Source: a virus
IMG/VR virus record: IMGVR_UViG_3300029549_000021
Length of the DNA: 35,344 nt
Strand: one strand, 5' to 3'
The notes under the pieces are model-generated. The model saw only the letters and a program-made list of their open reading frames with translations. It was not told the origin of the DNA and searched no databases. This document shows, one piece after another, positions 25,204-31,792 of the stretch (its first letter is position 1; each line of letters begins with the position of its first letter). The position numbers and the translations under genes were made by a program.

Positions 25204-26285
25204 GCGGATACCTCCCCTTGAGCGGATGCGAGTGTGTGAACGAACTGGTTGATCGCGGTCTCCCGCTGGTCGTTCGGCAGTTTGCGGAACTGCATTTTGG
25301 CGGACTGAACGATGCTTGTGATGGAGCGCCCGGCCAGAATGATGCTGTCGTAGGCATCGCGGGCATCCTGTTCCTGCTGTGCCTTATAGTCCGCAGTCAT
25401 TCCGGCCGCAATCTCGTAAGCTTTTTCGCCTGCCCGCCGGTCTACCTCTTCCTCATCCACCACGGCGGCGATGGGCTGCTTTTTCAGGGCCGCATTTTCT
25501 TCCTGAAGCTTGTCGGCCCGGAGCTTGGCCGCTTCGGCCACCTGCCGGGAGCCGGAAAGCTGGCCCTCGGCGTTCTTGGCCCGGGCTTCGGCCTTGTCGC
25601 GTTCCGCTTCGGCTTTCTGGCGCTGGAGGTTGGCCGCAATGCGGCTCTCGTCTGCATCGTGGTAGCTCTGCTGGAGCTTGGCGTTCTGCTCTTTCAGGCC
25701 GCTGATGTCGGCAAGGGCGGATTCATAGCGGCTTTCTGCTTCTTCCCGCCTTTCCGCGTCCTTAGAGGTCTGGGCTTCGGCGCTTTTTACCAGCTCCTTG
25801 AAATAGGCATTTTCCTTGCGGGCGTTCTGAGCGGACTTCTCGGCGGCGTCGGCGCGGTCTTTCTCGGCTTTGAGTTGGGCCAGCAGCTCCTGCACCCGCT
25901 GGCTGTCTCCGGCGGCTGCGGTGAGCTGTTCAGCGCAGCCGGAGCGGGCGATCAGGTTCAGGTCTTTGCGGGAGATGGACGGCAGTAATTTTAAATCCGC
26001 AACTGTTGCGGATTTAAAAGCATCTCCGTTCTGGGTCATGGTTCGGGCGCTGCCCTCGCTCATGCCCTTGCTCTCATACCACTTTGTCCATGTGCCGCCG
26101 CCATAGCGGCCAGCCTTGGCCGTCAGGGCGTGCATTTTGGCAACGTAGATGCAGGAAATGAGGTATTCATCCTGTGCGATGCCGTAGTGCAGATCGAACT
26201 GCTGATCGGTCTCCACGGCCTGTTCGGACAGGTCGCCCAGAGCGGAAAAGTCAAAGGCATGGGCTGCGGCAAGTTCTTCGCTCAT
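25194..26285 (-). CDS. Hypothetical coiled-coil protein (DUF3102-like N-terminus?)
   Basis: 363 aa with a long Ala/Glu/Lys/Arg coiled coil. The reading frame is supported by operon packing (overlapping starts and stops). Confidence 0.5.
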   Translation of the reverse strand: MSEELAAAHAFDFSALGDLSEQAVETDQQFDLHYGIAQDEYLISCIYVAKMHALTAKAGRYGGGTWTKWYESKGMSEGSARTMTQNGDAFKSATVADLKLLPSISRKDLNLIARSGCAEQLTAAAGDSQRVQELLAQLKAEKDRADAAEKSAQNARKENAYFKELVKSAEAQTSKDAERREEAESRYESALADISGLKEQNAKLQQSYHDADESRIAANLQRQKAEAERDKAEARAKNAEGQLSGSRQVAEAAKLRADKLQEENAALKKQPIAAVVDEEEVDRRAGEKAYEIAAGMTADYKAQQEQDARDAYDSIILAGRSITSIVQSAKMQFRKLPNDQRETAINQFVHTLASAQGEVSACL

Positions 26286-26596
26286 ACCCTCACCTCCGTG
26301 TCCTTGAGGCGGTCCAGCATCTCGGCCTGCAGGGCCTTGTTCAGGGGCTGGATGTTGTTGCTTTTCCAGCCGTAGCAGAGGATGGGTCCGTAAAGCTGAC
26401 GGCCCCGGTACGTCCGATTCAGCAGGCTGGCGGGCTGGATGGGGCCATCGTACCGGCCCACGAACAGCACCGCCGGGGTGCGGGGCAGTACGATCATCTC
26501 ACTGCGGGTGCCCAGCCGGTTCTCAATGGCCCACAGGCTGTCCGGCAGGGTGGTGACTACCGGTTCTTTGCCCGGTTCGATCAAAATTCCTTTCAT
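26282..26596 (-). CDS. Hypothetical protein (DUF3846-like?)
   Basis: 104 aa. MKGILIEPGKEPVVTTLPDSLWAIENRLG... has a 4-nt overlap with the next gene. The family guess is from memory only. Confidence 0.45.
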   Translation of the reverse strand: MKGILIEPGKEPVVTTLPDSLWAIENRLGTRSEMIVLPRTPAVLFVGRYDGPIQPASLLNRTYRGRQLYGPILCYGWKSNNIQPLNKALQAEMLDRLKDTEVRV

Positions 26597-26648
26597 TGTA
26601 AAACCTCCGATTCTGTGGTATCATCGGGGCGATGGGCGTAGAAATCCA

Positions 26649-26984
26649 TCATCCCTTGCAGCCTGTCGGTGTTGGCGCACCGGCGGGCTGCTTTTTCTTT
26701 TGTGCGGCCAAAATCTCTTTGATGCGGCCTTTGCCGTAGGTTCCGGCGCTTGCCGTGAAACGCTCGTTGTCGTCCACAAGGCCCTGATGGATTGCCCCGG
26801 CCCGCTCTTCCTGCTGGCGGATAAGTTGCTCTGTGCGCTCCCGGTAGCTCGCTTCGAGAGCTTTCACCCTGATATGTACAGCGCGGCACTCCGGACACCG
26901 CTCAGTGCGGCGGCCCACATTGTGCATCACCTTTCCGCAGTCAACACAGACGCGGGTGTAGATCATATTGTTACTGGAAGCCAT
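26649..26984 (-). CDS. Zinc-ribbon protein (CxxC...CxxC)
   Basis: 111 aa. ...RVCVDCGKVMHNVGRRTERCPECRAVH... is followed by a basic helical tail. Confidence 0.5.
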   Translation of the reverse strand: MASSNNMIYTRVCVDCGKVMHNVGRRTERCPECRAVHIRVKALEASYRERTEQLIRQQEERAGAIHQGLVDDNERFTASAGTYGKGRIKEILAAQKKKQPAGAPTPTGCKG

Positions 26985-26986
26985 GC

Positions 26987-27247
26987 TCAGCCCGCCTTCC
27001 TTCCGCTCTTCACGGTGTTGCGCGGCTGCTGGTGCACCTTGCGGCGGCGTTTCTCACGTGCTTCGGCGGCAAAGCCCAGCCGCATGAAGAAGATTGCCAG
27101 CAGGATCAGCACCATGGCCGTGATGAACGCACCGTCCGAAACGATGCCGCCGGTCTGACAGGTGCCCTCAAGGCCCATGCTGTACAGCAGGCCCACGCAA
27201 AAGCTGCCCATCGCCAGCCAGTACCAAACGCCAGATTTGATTCTCAT
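26987..27247 (-). CDS. Small membrane protein (2 predicted TM helices)
   Basis: 86 aa. The hydrophobic stretches are VWYWLAMGSFCVGLLYSMGL and AFITAMVLILLAIFFMRLGF, followed by a basic tail. Confidence 0.5.
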   Translation of the reverse strand: MRIKSGVWYWLAMGSFCVGLLYSMGLEGTCQTGGIVSDGAFITAMVLILLAIFFMRLGFAAEAREKRRRKVHQQPRNTVKSGRKAG

Positions 27248-27510
27248 GCGGATTCATCCTCCTTGCCCACTTCCGGGAAGAAAAGCTCCCCGATCTCGTC
27301 CTGCCGGATGTCCAACAGTTCACAAATTGCTGCGATCTCTTTACTTGTCCACGGCTGGTGCCCGTTCATCCGCTTGCTCATAGTGTACCGGCCAATGCCG
27401 CTATGTTCAGCGACTTCCTGATCGCGGTAGCCGCAGCTGTGGAACCGGCCCCGCAGCTTCCAGTATGGGATCTGCTTGAAAGTGCCGCGAATGGTTGATG
27501 TGTTCAACAT
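27244..27510 (-). CDS. HTH DNA-binding protein (XRE/DUF739-like early regulator)
   Basis: Trimmed to the ATG at 27510 (GGAGGAATAAAATG, with the SD inside the Rha 3' end), giving 88 aa. ...YRDQEVAEHSGIGRYTMSKRMNGHQPWTSKEIAAICELLDI... Confidence 0.55.
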   Translation of the reverse strand: MLNTSTIRGTFKQIPYWKLRGRFHSCGYRDQEVAEHSGIGRYTMSKRMNGHQPWTSKEIAAICELLDIRQDEIGELFFPEVGKEDESA

Positions 27511-27511
27511 T

Positions 27512-28177
27512 TTATTCCTCCTTCTTTTCGGCGGGCAGCCCATCCAGCAGGCTGTCCATCAGGGCAGCGTAGAACGGATAGCCTTTGGCAACGATGGTCA
27601 GGCTGTCAATGGCGTTGGTAAGGAAGCTCTGGGAGCCGCGCACCACGTTCTCCATGGTGCGCACCGTGTCGCAATTCTGGCCGTAAATAGCCTTGAACTC
27701 GCCGCACAGGGCCTTGACCTGCATATACTTGGCCTTGCTGTCCTCGCGGTTCTTGCGGCACTCGTCCAGAAAAGCGGTGTTCTCGTCCAGCTTCTTCCGG
27801 GCTTCGATCACCCGGTCGATGGCGTTCTGGATGTTGGCATCCTGCACGGCCCGCTGCTCTTTGTGCTGTGCGGCCAGCTGCTTCTCCATTGCATTGAACG
27901 CGGCAATGTACTTCAGCTTCCACTGCACCGCCTCCTTGCCGGTAAAGCCCATGGCCAGCAGGGAAAAGCCGTCCCGGTTCATCAGGTACATGGGGTACTT
28001 CTTGCCGCGGTTCTCAAAAGTAGCGGGGTGAAACATGGATTTGGCGGCTGAATTTTCAGCCACGAGATTTGCGACGGCCTGCATTACATTTTTGTGCTCC
28101 TTGCCAAAGCGCTTGGCAACGTCCCGGCTGGATGCCACCGGTTCGCCGTTCTGGGTGGATAAGATAATGTCGGTCAT
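27512..28177 (-). CDS. Rha-family phage regulatory protein
   Basis: 221 aa. ...GEPVASSRDVAKRFGKEHKNVMQAVANL...YLMNRDGFSLLAMGFTGKEAVQWKLKYIAAFNAME is the classic Phage_pRha domain. Confidence 0.85.
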   Translation of the reverse strand: MTDIILSTQNGEPVASSRDVAKRFGKEHKNVMQAVANLVAENSAAKSMFHPATFENRGKKYPMYLMNRDGFSLLAMGFTGKEAVQWKLKYIAAFNAMEKQLAAQHKEQRAVQDANIQNAIDRVIEARKKLDENTAFLDECRKNREDSKAKYMQVKALCGEFKAIYGQNCDTVRTMENVVRGSQSFLTNAIDSLTIVAKGYPFYAALMDSLLDGLPAEKKEE

Positions 28178-28192
28178 GTGGATTTGACCTCC

Positions 28193-28312
28193 TTATTTTC
28201 GATGAATTTCAATATAACGTTCGATTCTTTCGCACACACGGCAGACTGCTGTATAAAATTTGACTTTCTGTTCGGTGACGAGTATCTTAATAATCAGAAT
28301 GAGTTTGTCCAT
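28193..28312 (-). CDS. Possible small ORF (39 aa) upstream of rha
   Basis: GGAGG lies 4 nt before the ATG at 28312. Product: MDKLILIIKILVTEQKVKFYTAVCRVCERIERYIEIHRK. It overlaps the Abi-like gene promoter/leader on the other strand, and support is weak. Confidence 0.2.
   Translation of the reverse strand: MDKLILIIKILVTEQKVKFYTAVCRVCERIERYIEIHRK
28260..28288 (+). promoter_or_regulatory. Sigma70-like promoter for the Abi_alpha-like gene: TTGACT - 17 nt - TATCTT
   Basis: Read directly: ttgact ttctgttcggtgacgag tatctt. It lies about 50 nt upstream of the ATG at 28341. Confidence 0.4.
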
Positions 28313-28340
28313 AGAACCTCCAAAAGAAAGGAATGGTAAG

Positions 28341-29180
28341 ATGAGTGATGAGAAGAATAACGGCAACGTCTTCAATATCAATGCCGTACCAAGTTGTATT
28401 GACGAACCTGTAAAAGCTGTTCTGAAACCCGGTGCTAATCAGATTGGAACTCTTTTTGGCGACCTCCTTTCGATGGCTACAAGCAAAATCCACTTTACAG
28501 CAGAAAAGATGCGACTACAGCAAGCACATGACTTGGATGTTTTTAAAAAATCACTAGGTGACAAATTGAATGCTAAACCGGAAGAATGCTTGGTTGAGCC
28601 TCGTATGCAGGTGGTTGGCCCTGCTATCGAAAATGTCAAGTACTGCATGGATGAGCCGCAAATCAGCGAAATGTTTCAAAATCTTCTTGCGAATGCAGCA
28701 GACGAACGCTATCAAAGTAAGGTTCATCCGTCTTTTCCGGCAATGATTGCACAAATGTCACCTCTGGATGCGGAAAACCTCGGATTGTTTCGACAGGTGG
28801 ATCAGTACCCAATAGTCGAGTTTCGTTACATTTTGTTTGATGATACATTTAGAACAGCTCAATCAAATGTTTTCGCTGCAAATCCTAAAATGACGACATA
28901 TGCTGAGAGTCTTCTTCAATCTGCTTCTTTGAGCTCTTTAGCGCGACAAGGATTGATTGATATCTCGTACACTACATATATTCCAGAAGAAAGTCTGTAT
29001 CGTGTTTTTGACGAATTTGAGCTCATCCAAGAGATGAAAAAGCGAATTCATCCAGAACCCGAAGGTGGATATCGCCATCCTGAAGATGATAAAAAAATAG
29101 TCCGTGTTACGGCTGAAAAGGGAAGAGTAGGGCTTACTCCTCTTGGAGAGTCTTTTCTGCGAGTTTGCTTCTACCATTAA
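28341..29180 (+). CDS. Abi_alpha / DUF4393-like abortive-infection family protein
   Basis: Track ORF 28260..29180 trimmed to the ATG at 28341 (AAAGGAA SD), giving 279 aa. ...VEPRMQVVGPAIENVKYCMDEPQISEMFQNLLANAADERYQSKVHPSFPAMIAQMSPLDAENLGLF... matches the family core (..L...mFa.LLa.a.d......vHP.F..ii.qLsp.DA..L) as I remember it. The gene is low-GC and on the opposite strand to the phage core. Confidence 0.65.
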   Translation: MSDEKNNGNVFNINAVPSCIDEPVKAVLKPGANQIGTLFGDLLSMATSKIHFTAEKMRLQQAHDLDVFKKSLGDKLNAKPEECLVEPRMQVVGPAIENVKYCMDEPQISEMFQNLLANAADERYQSKVHPSFPAMIAQMSPLDAENLGLFRQVDQYPIVEFRYILFDDTFRTAQSNVFAANPKMTTYAESLLQSASLSSLARQGLIDISYTTYIPEESLYRVFDEFELIQEMKKRIHPEPEGGYRHPEDDKKIVRVTAEKGRVGLTPLGESFLRVCFYH

Positions 29181-29200
29181 ATGGCGGTCTCTCCTTCATC

Positions 29201-29245
29201 GCCCAGCGTTCCGGTTCCAGCGGTTCGCTGGGCTTTTTGTTGTTG
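29201..29245 (+). terminator. Intrinsic terminator after the Abi_alpha-like gene
   Basis: GCCCAGCG ttccggttccagcggtt CGCTGGGC TTTTTGTTGTTG. Confidence 0.65.
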
Positions 29246-29263
29246 TCCATGGGGTTCACCTCC

Positions 29264-29292
29264 TTGTGCACACCTCGCTCCTGCGGTAAAAT
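29264..29292 (+). promoter_or_regulatory. Sigma70-like promoter for the TM-protein gene: TTGTGC - 17 nt - TAAAAT
   Basis: ttgtgc acacctcgctcctgcgg taaaat, followed by the AGGAGGG SD and the ATG at 29319. Confidence 0.4.
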
Positions 29293-29318
29293 AAAGAAAT
29301 CAGGAGGGAAGTGCAAAA

Positions 29319-29885
29319 ATGGAAAATGTCGTAAAAGTTGTAAATGAAATCATAAACTGGCTGTGGAATCGTGAAAATATTACACTTTTGATTGCAATTG
29401 CAGGTTTCGGAATGTCTCTGTACAACTTTTTTCGGGCGCTGTGGGATAAACGATGCTCGTTCCGGGTTGACTATGTAAGCCATTACTGCTGTTTATCCAA
29501 AAGCGGAAAATATGCGGAACCTATGTTTCGCTTTAATTTTGTAAATCTGTCCTCTGCACCGCTGACCGTCGTGCGGATGTTCTTGCTGGTTGATGGTGAA
29601 AAATATGAATTTCTCTTTCCAGAGCAGCAAGTCTATCAGATAACACGCCGTCAAAAAGGTGAAACGGTCCAGATCGGAGAAGTTAAGTCTCAAAAATTGC
29701 CTTTTCGATTAGAAGGAAAGGGCGCTCTTGGCGGCTATTTTGCTGCATATCTCCCAACCGATATGGAAAAGACCTTTCAATCAGCAGGAAAATGGCAGCT
29801 TGTCGTTCAAACCCCACAAAAGGAAATAGTGTTTTCAATTGTGGCGGATAAGCCAGGTTACGATATTGAGCAGTATGGATACTGA
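29319..29885 (+). CDS. Membrane-anchored protein (N-terminal TM helix plus beta-rich domain); candidate superinfection-exclusion (Sie-like) protein
   Basis: 188 aa. The TM helix is ITLLIAIAGFGMSLYNFF, and I recognise no family. The gene is low-GC and lysogeny-oriented. Confidence 0.6.
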   Translation: MENVVKVVNEIINWLWNRENITLLIAIAGFGMSLYNFFRALWDKRCSFRVDYVSHYCCLSKSGKYAEPMFRFNFVNLSSAPLTVVRMFLLVDGEKYEFLFPEQQVYQITRRQKGETVQIGEVKSQKLPFRLEGKGALGGYFAAYLPTDMEKTFQSAGKWQLVVQTPQKEIVFSIVADKPGYDIEQYGY

Positions 29886-29904
29886 TGCTAAAGCCAACGT
29901 GATT

Positions 29905-30063
29905 TTAGACACTGATGCATCCGCCCCTTTCAGCTTTTTCTGTTACCGCAGCAACATTGCCAGCCCAATCCGTTGTTTCAACAACAGCTTTACCCTGCCG
30001 CTCCTGTACCGCCAGTACAAGAGCGGCAATTTCTTTGGGCTCGCCAGTGATTTCAATTTTCAT
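29905..30063 (-). CDS. Small hypothetical protein (52 aa)
   Basis: Not in the track. GGAGGTG lies 6 nt before the ATG at 30063. Product: MKIEITGEPKEIAALVLAVQERQGKAVVETTDWAGNVAAVTEKAERGGCISV, with stop TAA at 29905. Confidence 0.4.
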   Translation of the reverse strand: MKIEITGEPKEIAALVLAVQERQGKAVVETTDWAGNVAAVTEKAERGGCISV

Positions 30064-30076
30064 CTTCTTCACCTCC

Positions 30077-30105
30077 TTGCGTCCACCCTAGCCCTGCGTT
30101 ACAAT
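30077..30105 (+). promoter_or_regulatory. Sigma70-like promoter: TTGCGT - 17 nt - TACAAT (for the 72-aa gene)
   Basis: ttgcgt ccaccctagccctgcgt tacaat. Confidence 0.4.
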
Positions 30106-30132
30106 AAGAAAAAACGGAAGGGGGTGAATGCT

Positions 30133-30348
30133 GTGAATGATGGGAATAAGGTAAGACACAATCTGGCGCTTGCATATGCGAACAACAAACTGCAGATTGC
30201 GCTTCAGCGTGGAGAACATCCGCAGAATCTTGATCTGGATGATCCTGCACAGGCGGCCTGTGCACTTGCGCATTGGTACAGAGCTTGTCTGGATGAACTT
30301 GTTGAACTGGCGGATGATGAACTGTTCAATCCGTACAGCATGGATTAA
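30133..30348 (+). CDS. Small acidic hypothetical protein (~72 aa)
   Basis: This is the 3' part of track ORF 29839..30348. I prefer a GTG start at 30133 (or 30124) after GGAAGGGGG. Product: MNDGNKVRHNLALAYANNKLQIALQRGEHPQNLDLDDPAQAACALAHWYRACLDELVELADDELFNPYSMD. Confidence 0.4.
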   Translation: MNDGNKVRHNLALAYANNKLQIALQRGEHPQNLDLDDPAQAACALAHWYRACLDELVELADDELFNPYSMD

Positions 30349-30566
30349 AGCATCCGATTGTCCCGCTCCGATTTCACGGATGCCGACAGCATACTGACGA
30401 TGTGTTCCGCGTCCGAAAAATCAATCTTTTCGCTCTTGAGCTGCTCGAACAGCTTGAGGGCGATTTTCTTTAAGCGCTCGGCGTGTTCGCGGCGCTCTTG
30501 GATTTCTTTCTGGATGTTGTCCTTCATCTTCTTCACATCCTTGTTGGATAGGGTGTTGTCGTTCAT
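30345..30566 (-). CDS. Hypothetical coiled-coil early protein (73 aa), second gene of the Cro operon
   Basis: An AAGGAGG SD lies upstream. Its stop overlaps the stop of the convergent 72-aa gene (ggaTTAAag). Confidence 0.5.
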   Translation of the reverse strand: MNDNTLSNKDVKKMKDNIQKEIQERREHAERLKKIALKLFEQLKSEKIDFSDAEHIVSMLSASVKSERDNRML

Positions 30567-30593
30567 GTGAATTTGTACCTCCTTACTGTATGT

Positions 30594-30608
30594 TCTACTT
30601 TAAGTAGA
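30594..30608. promoter_or_regulatory. Operator-like palindrome O-distal: TCTACTT t AAGTAGA (perfect 7-bp arms)
   Basis: It overlaps the cro stop codon and shares its motif with three sites in the cro-cI intergenic region. Confidence 0.5.
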
Positions 30609-30800
30609 CATATTGGCGAAAAAAATTTGGTCAATCGGAATCCCAACGACCTCACTGATTTTCTTCGCAGTGGCGACTGTGGCATCTTCGGGCGATTGCT
30701 CGATTTTTCGGTATGTATCGCGCGAAATTCCGAGCTTTTCCGCCATTTCACGCTGAGTGAATCCTGCGTACTGGCGGGCTTGCTTTACAGTGAATCCCAA
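30600..30800 (-). CDS. Cro-like XRE-family HTH repressor
   Basis: I prefer the TTG start at 30800 (AGGAGG 8 nt upstream), giving 66 aa. Product: (M)GFTVKQARQYAGFTQREMAEKLGISRDTYRKIEQSPEDATVATAKKISEVVGIPIDQIFF. The ATG at 30845 would lie inside the promoter/operator region. Confidence 0.8.
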   Translation of the reverse strand: MGFTVKQARQYAGFTQREMAEKLGISRDTYRKIEQSPEDATVATAKKISEVVGIPIDQIFFANMST

Positions 30801-30833
30801 ATTATCAACCTCCTTTCGTCTGGGTTCGAGAAT

Positions 30834-30862
30834 ACTATACTCCACTTTTAGTAGAATGTCAA
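30834..30862 (-). promoter_or_regulatory. Early lytic promoter (PR-like) for cro: TTGACA - 17 nt - TATAGT
   Basis: Reverse complement of 30834..30862 is TTGACA ttctactaaaagtggag TATAGT. Confidence 0.6.
30841..30855. promoter_or_regulatory. Operator-like site O1: TCCACTT t TAGTAGA
   Basis: It lies inside the 17-nt spacer of the cro promoter. Confidence 0.5.
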
Positions 30863-30876
30863 GAACTTAAAGTAGA
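30862..30876. promoter_or_regulatory. Operator-like site O2: AGAACTT a AAGTAGA
   Basis: It abuts or overlaps the -35 of the cro promoter. Confidence 0.5.
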
Positions 30877-30893
30877 AAAATTTCAAAAGAATG

Positions 30894-30922
30894 TTGACAA
30901 CGCTCTACTTTTGGTGTAATCT
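30894..30922 (+). promoter_or_regulatory. Repressor promoter (PRM-like): TTGACA, then TGTAAT (15-nt spacer) or TAATCT (17-nt spacer)
   Basis: ttgaca acgctctacttttgg tgtaatct lies upstream of the AAGGAG SD and the TTG start of cI. Confidence 0.5.
30904..30918. promoter_or_regulatory. Operator-like site O3: TCTACTT t TGGTGTA (degenerate right arm)
   Basis: It lies between the -35 and -10 of the cI promoter. Confidence 0.4.
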
Positions 30923-30944
30923 CTACATATAAGGAGTGATTCAA

Positions 30945-31583
30945 TTGAGCATCGCTGAAAATATAAAAAGAATCCGTGCCGAACACGGTCTGTCACAGGC
31001 AGAACTGGGCAAAATCGCCGGTGTCAGTGACAAGGCGGTGTCTACTTGGGAACTTGGTCTGAAAACTCCGCGCATGGGTGCTGTCGAAAAGATGGCGAAT
31101 TATTTTGGCATTACGAAGAGTGTCATTGTGGATGACGTGCAGCCCGCCCCGGCTGCATCCAGAGAGCCCACCATCCCCCCGGGCTTTGAGCCGATGCCAA
31201 AGATGAAGAAGATCCCGCTGATCGGAGCCATTGCCTGCGGGGAACCCATCACGGCAGAGCAGAACATTGAAAAAATGGTGGACGTGCCGGAGAACATTCG
31301 GTGCGATTTTTCCCTGACCTGCCACGGTGACAGCATGGTGGATGCCGGCATTCACGATAAAGACGTGGTGTATATCCGCATCCAGCCGGAGGTGGAGAAC
31401 GGCGAGATCGCAGCGGTGCGCATTGATGGTGAAGCCACCCTCAAGCGGGTATATTACAACCCCGGCACGCTGACCCTGATGCCCGCAAACCCGGCTTATG
31501 CGCCCATGATCTACACCGGCCCCCAGCTGGAAGAGGTGCACATTGAGGGCAAAGCTGTAGGCTGGACGCACTGGGTGGGGTGA
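30945..31583 (+). CDS. cI-like repressor: XRE HTH fused to an S24 LexA-like autopeptidase domain
   Basis: I prefer the TTG at 30945 (AAGGAG 8 nt upstream); the track's GTG at 30936 overlaps the SD. HTH: GLSQAELGKIAGVSDKAVSTWELG. S24 domain: GAIACGEP (Ala-Gly-type cleavage region), HGDSM (Ser) and ATLKRV (Lys). Confidence 0.9.
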   Translation: MSIAENIKRIRAEHGLSQAELGKIAGVSDKAVSTWELGLKTPRMGAVEKMANYFGITKSVIVDDVQPAPAASREPTIPPGFEPMPKMKKIPLIGAIACGEPITAEQNIEKMVDVPENIRCDFSLTCHGDSMVDAGIHDKDVVYIRIQPEVENGEIAAVRIDGEATLKRVYYNPGTLTLMPANPAYAPMIYTGPQLEEVHIEGKAVGWTHWVG

Positions 31584-31630
31584 AAAGCGATATTTCACTA
31601 AAATTTGCGAAAAATAACCAATAATTGATT

Positions 31631-31642
31631 ATTTTGCAAAAT
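31631..31642. promoter_or_regulatory. Perfect 12-bp palindrome ATTTTGCAAAAT, 3 nt upstream of the -35 of the NYN promoter
   Basis: Read directly. It belongs to the ATTTTGCA/TGCAAAAT motif family (see findings). Confidence 0.5.
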
Positions 31643-31645
31643 GAG

Positions 31646-31674
31646 TTGACAAAATCAACAAAAACGCATATAAT
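31646..31674 (+). promoter_or_regulatory. Consensus sigma70 promoter: TTGACA - 17 nt - TATAAT
   Basis: ttgaca aaatcaacaaaaacgca tataat. Both hexamers are perfect and the spacer is 17 nt, with AT-rich sequence upstream. Confidence 0.75.
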
Positions 31675-31680
31675 GGGGGT

Positions 31681-31792
31681 GCATCTTTACAGGATGCCAT
31701 CAGAAACATGATGTTTCAAAATGCTTAACAGACCCCTGGTAGTAAGCCCCCCGCCGATATGGGGAAGGCTGAATCCTGGGGTCTTATTTTTT
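31681..31792 (+). ncRNA. Candidate ~110-nt structured leader / short terminated RNA upstream of the NYN gene
   Basis: It lies between the consensus promoter and the U-run. Hairpins are GCATC/GATGC (31681..31697) and GAAACAT/ATGTTTC (31703..31717), followed by the long terminator stem. I recognise no Rfam class. Confidence 0.4.
31730..31792 (+). terminator. Intrinsic terminator (long composite stem plus TTATTTTTT), also positioned to end the cI transcript
   Basis: AGACCCCtGG ... CCtGGGGTCT encloses AGCC CCCC gccgatat GGGG aa GGCT, followed by TATTTTTT. The NYN SD starts about 5 nt later. Confidence 0.7.

Noticed and set aside
29134-29316. - A minus-strand ORF whose internal ATG (29250) is preceded by GGAGGTGAACCCC.
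- The 15-mer CATGGGGTTCACCTC is identical to the rusA translation start region (18078..18092).
- I considered this a remnant of an ancestral early gene truncated by insertion of the Abi cassette.
   Set aside because: - One exact 15-mer repeat is about what chance allows in 35 kb (the expectation is of order 0.5), and most of it is SD plus ATG.
- The 38-aa product runs through the Abi terminator hairpin and antisense into the Abi 3' end.
- It remains plausible as a scar of moron insertion, but it is not supportable as a gene.
31675-31792. Assigning the NYN leader to a known riboswitch class (I considered preQ1, c-di-GMP and ZTP/pfl because of the CCGCC...GGGG element).
   Set aside because: I could not match the conserved cores of any of these classes from memory, so naming a class would be invention. 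An Rfam scan is needed.
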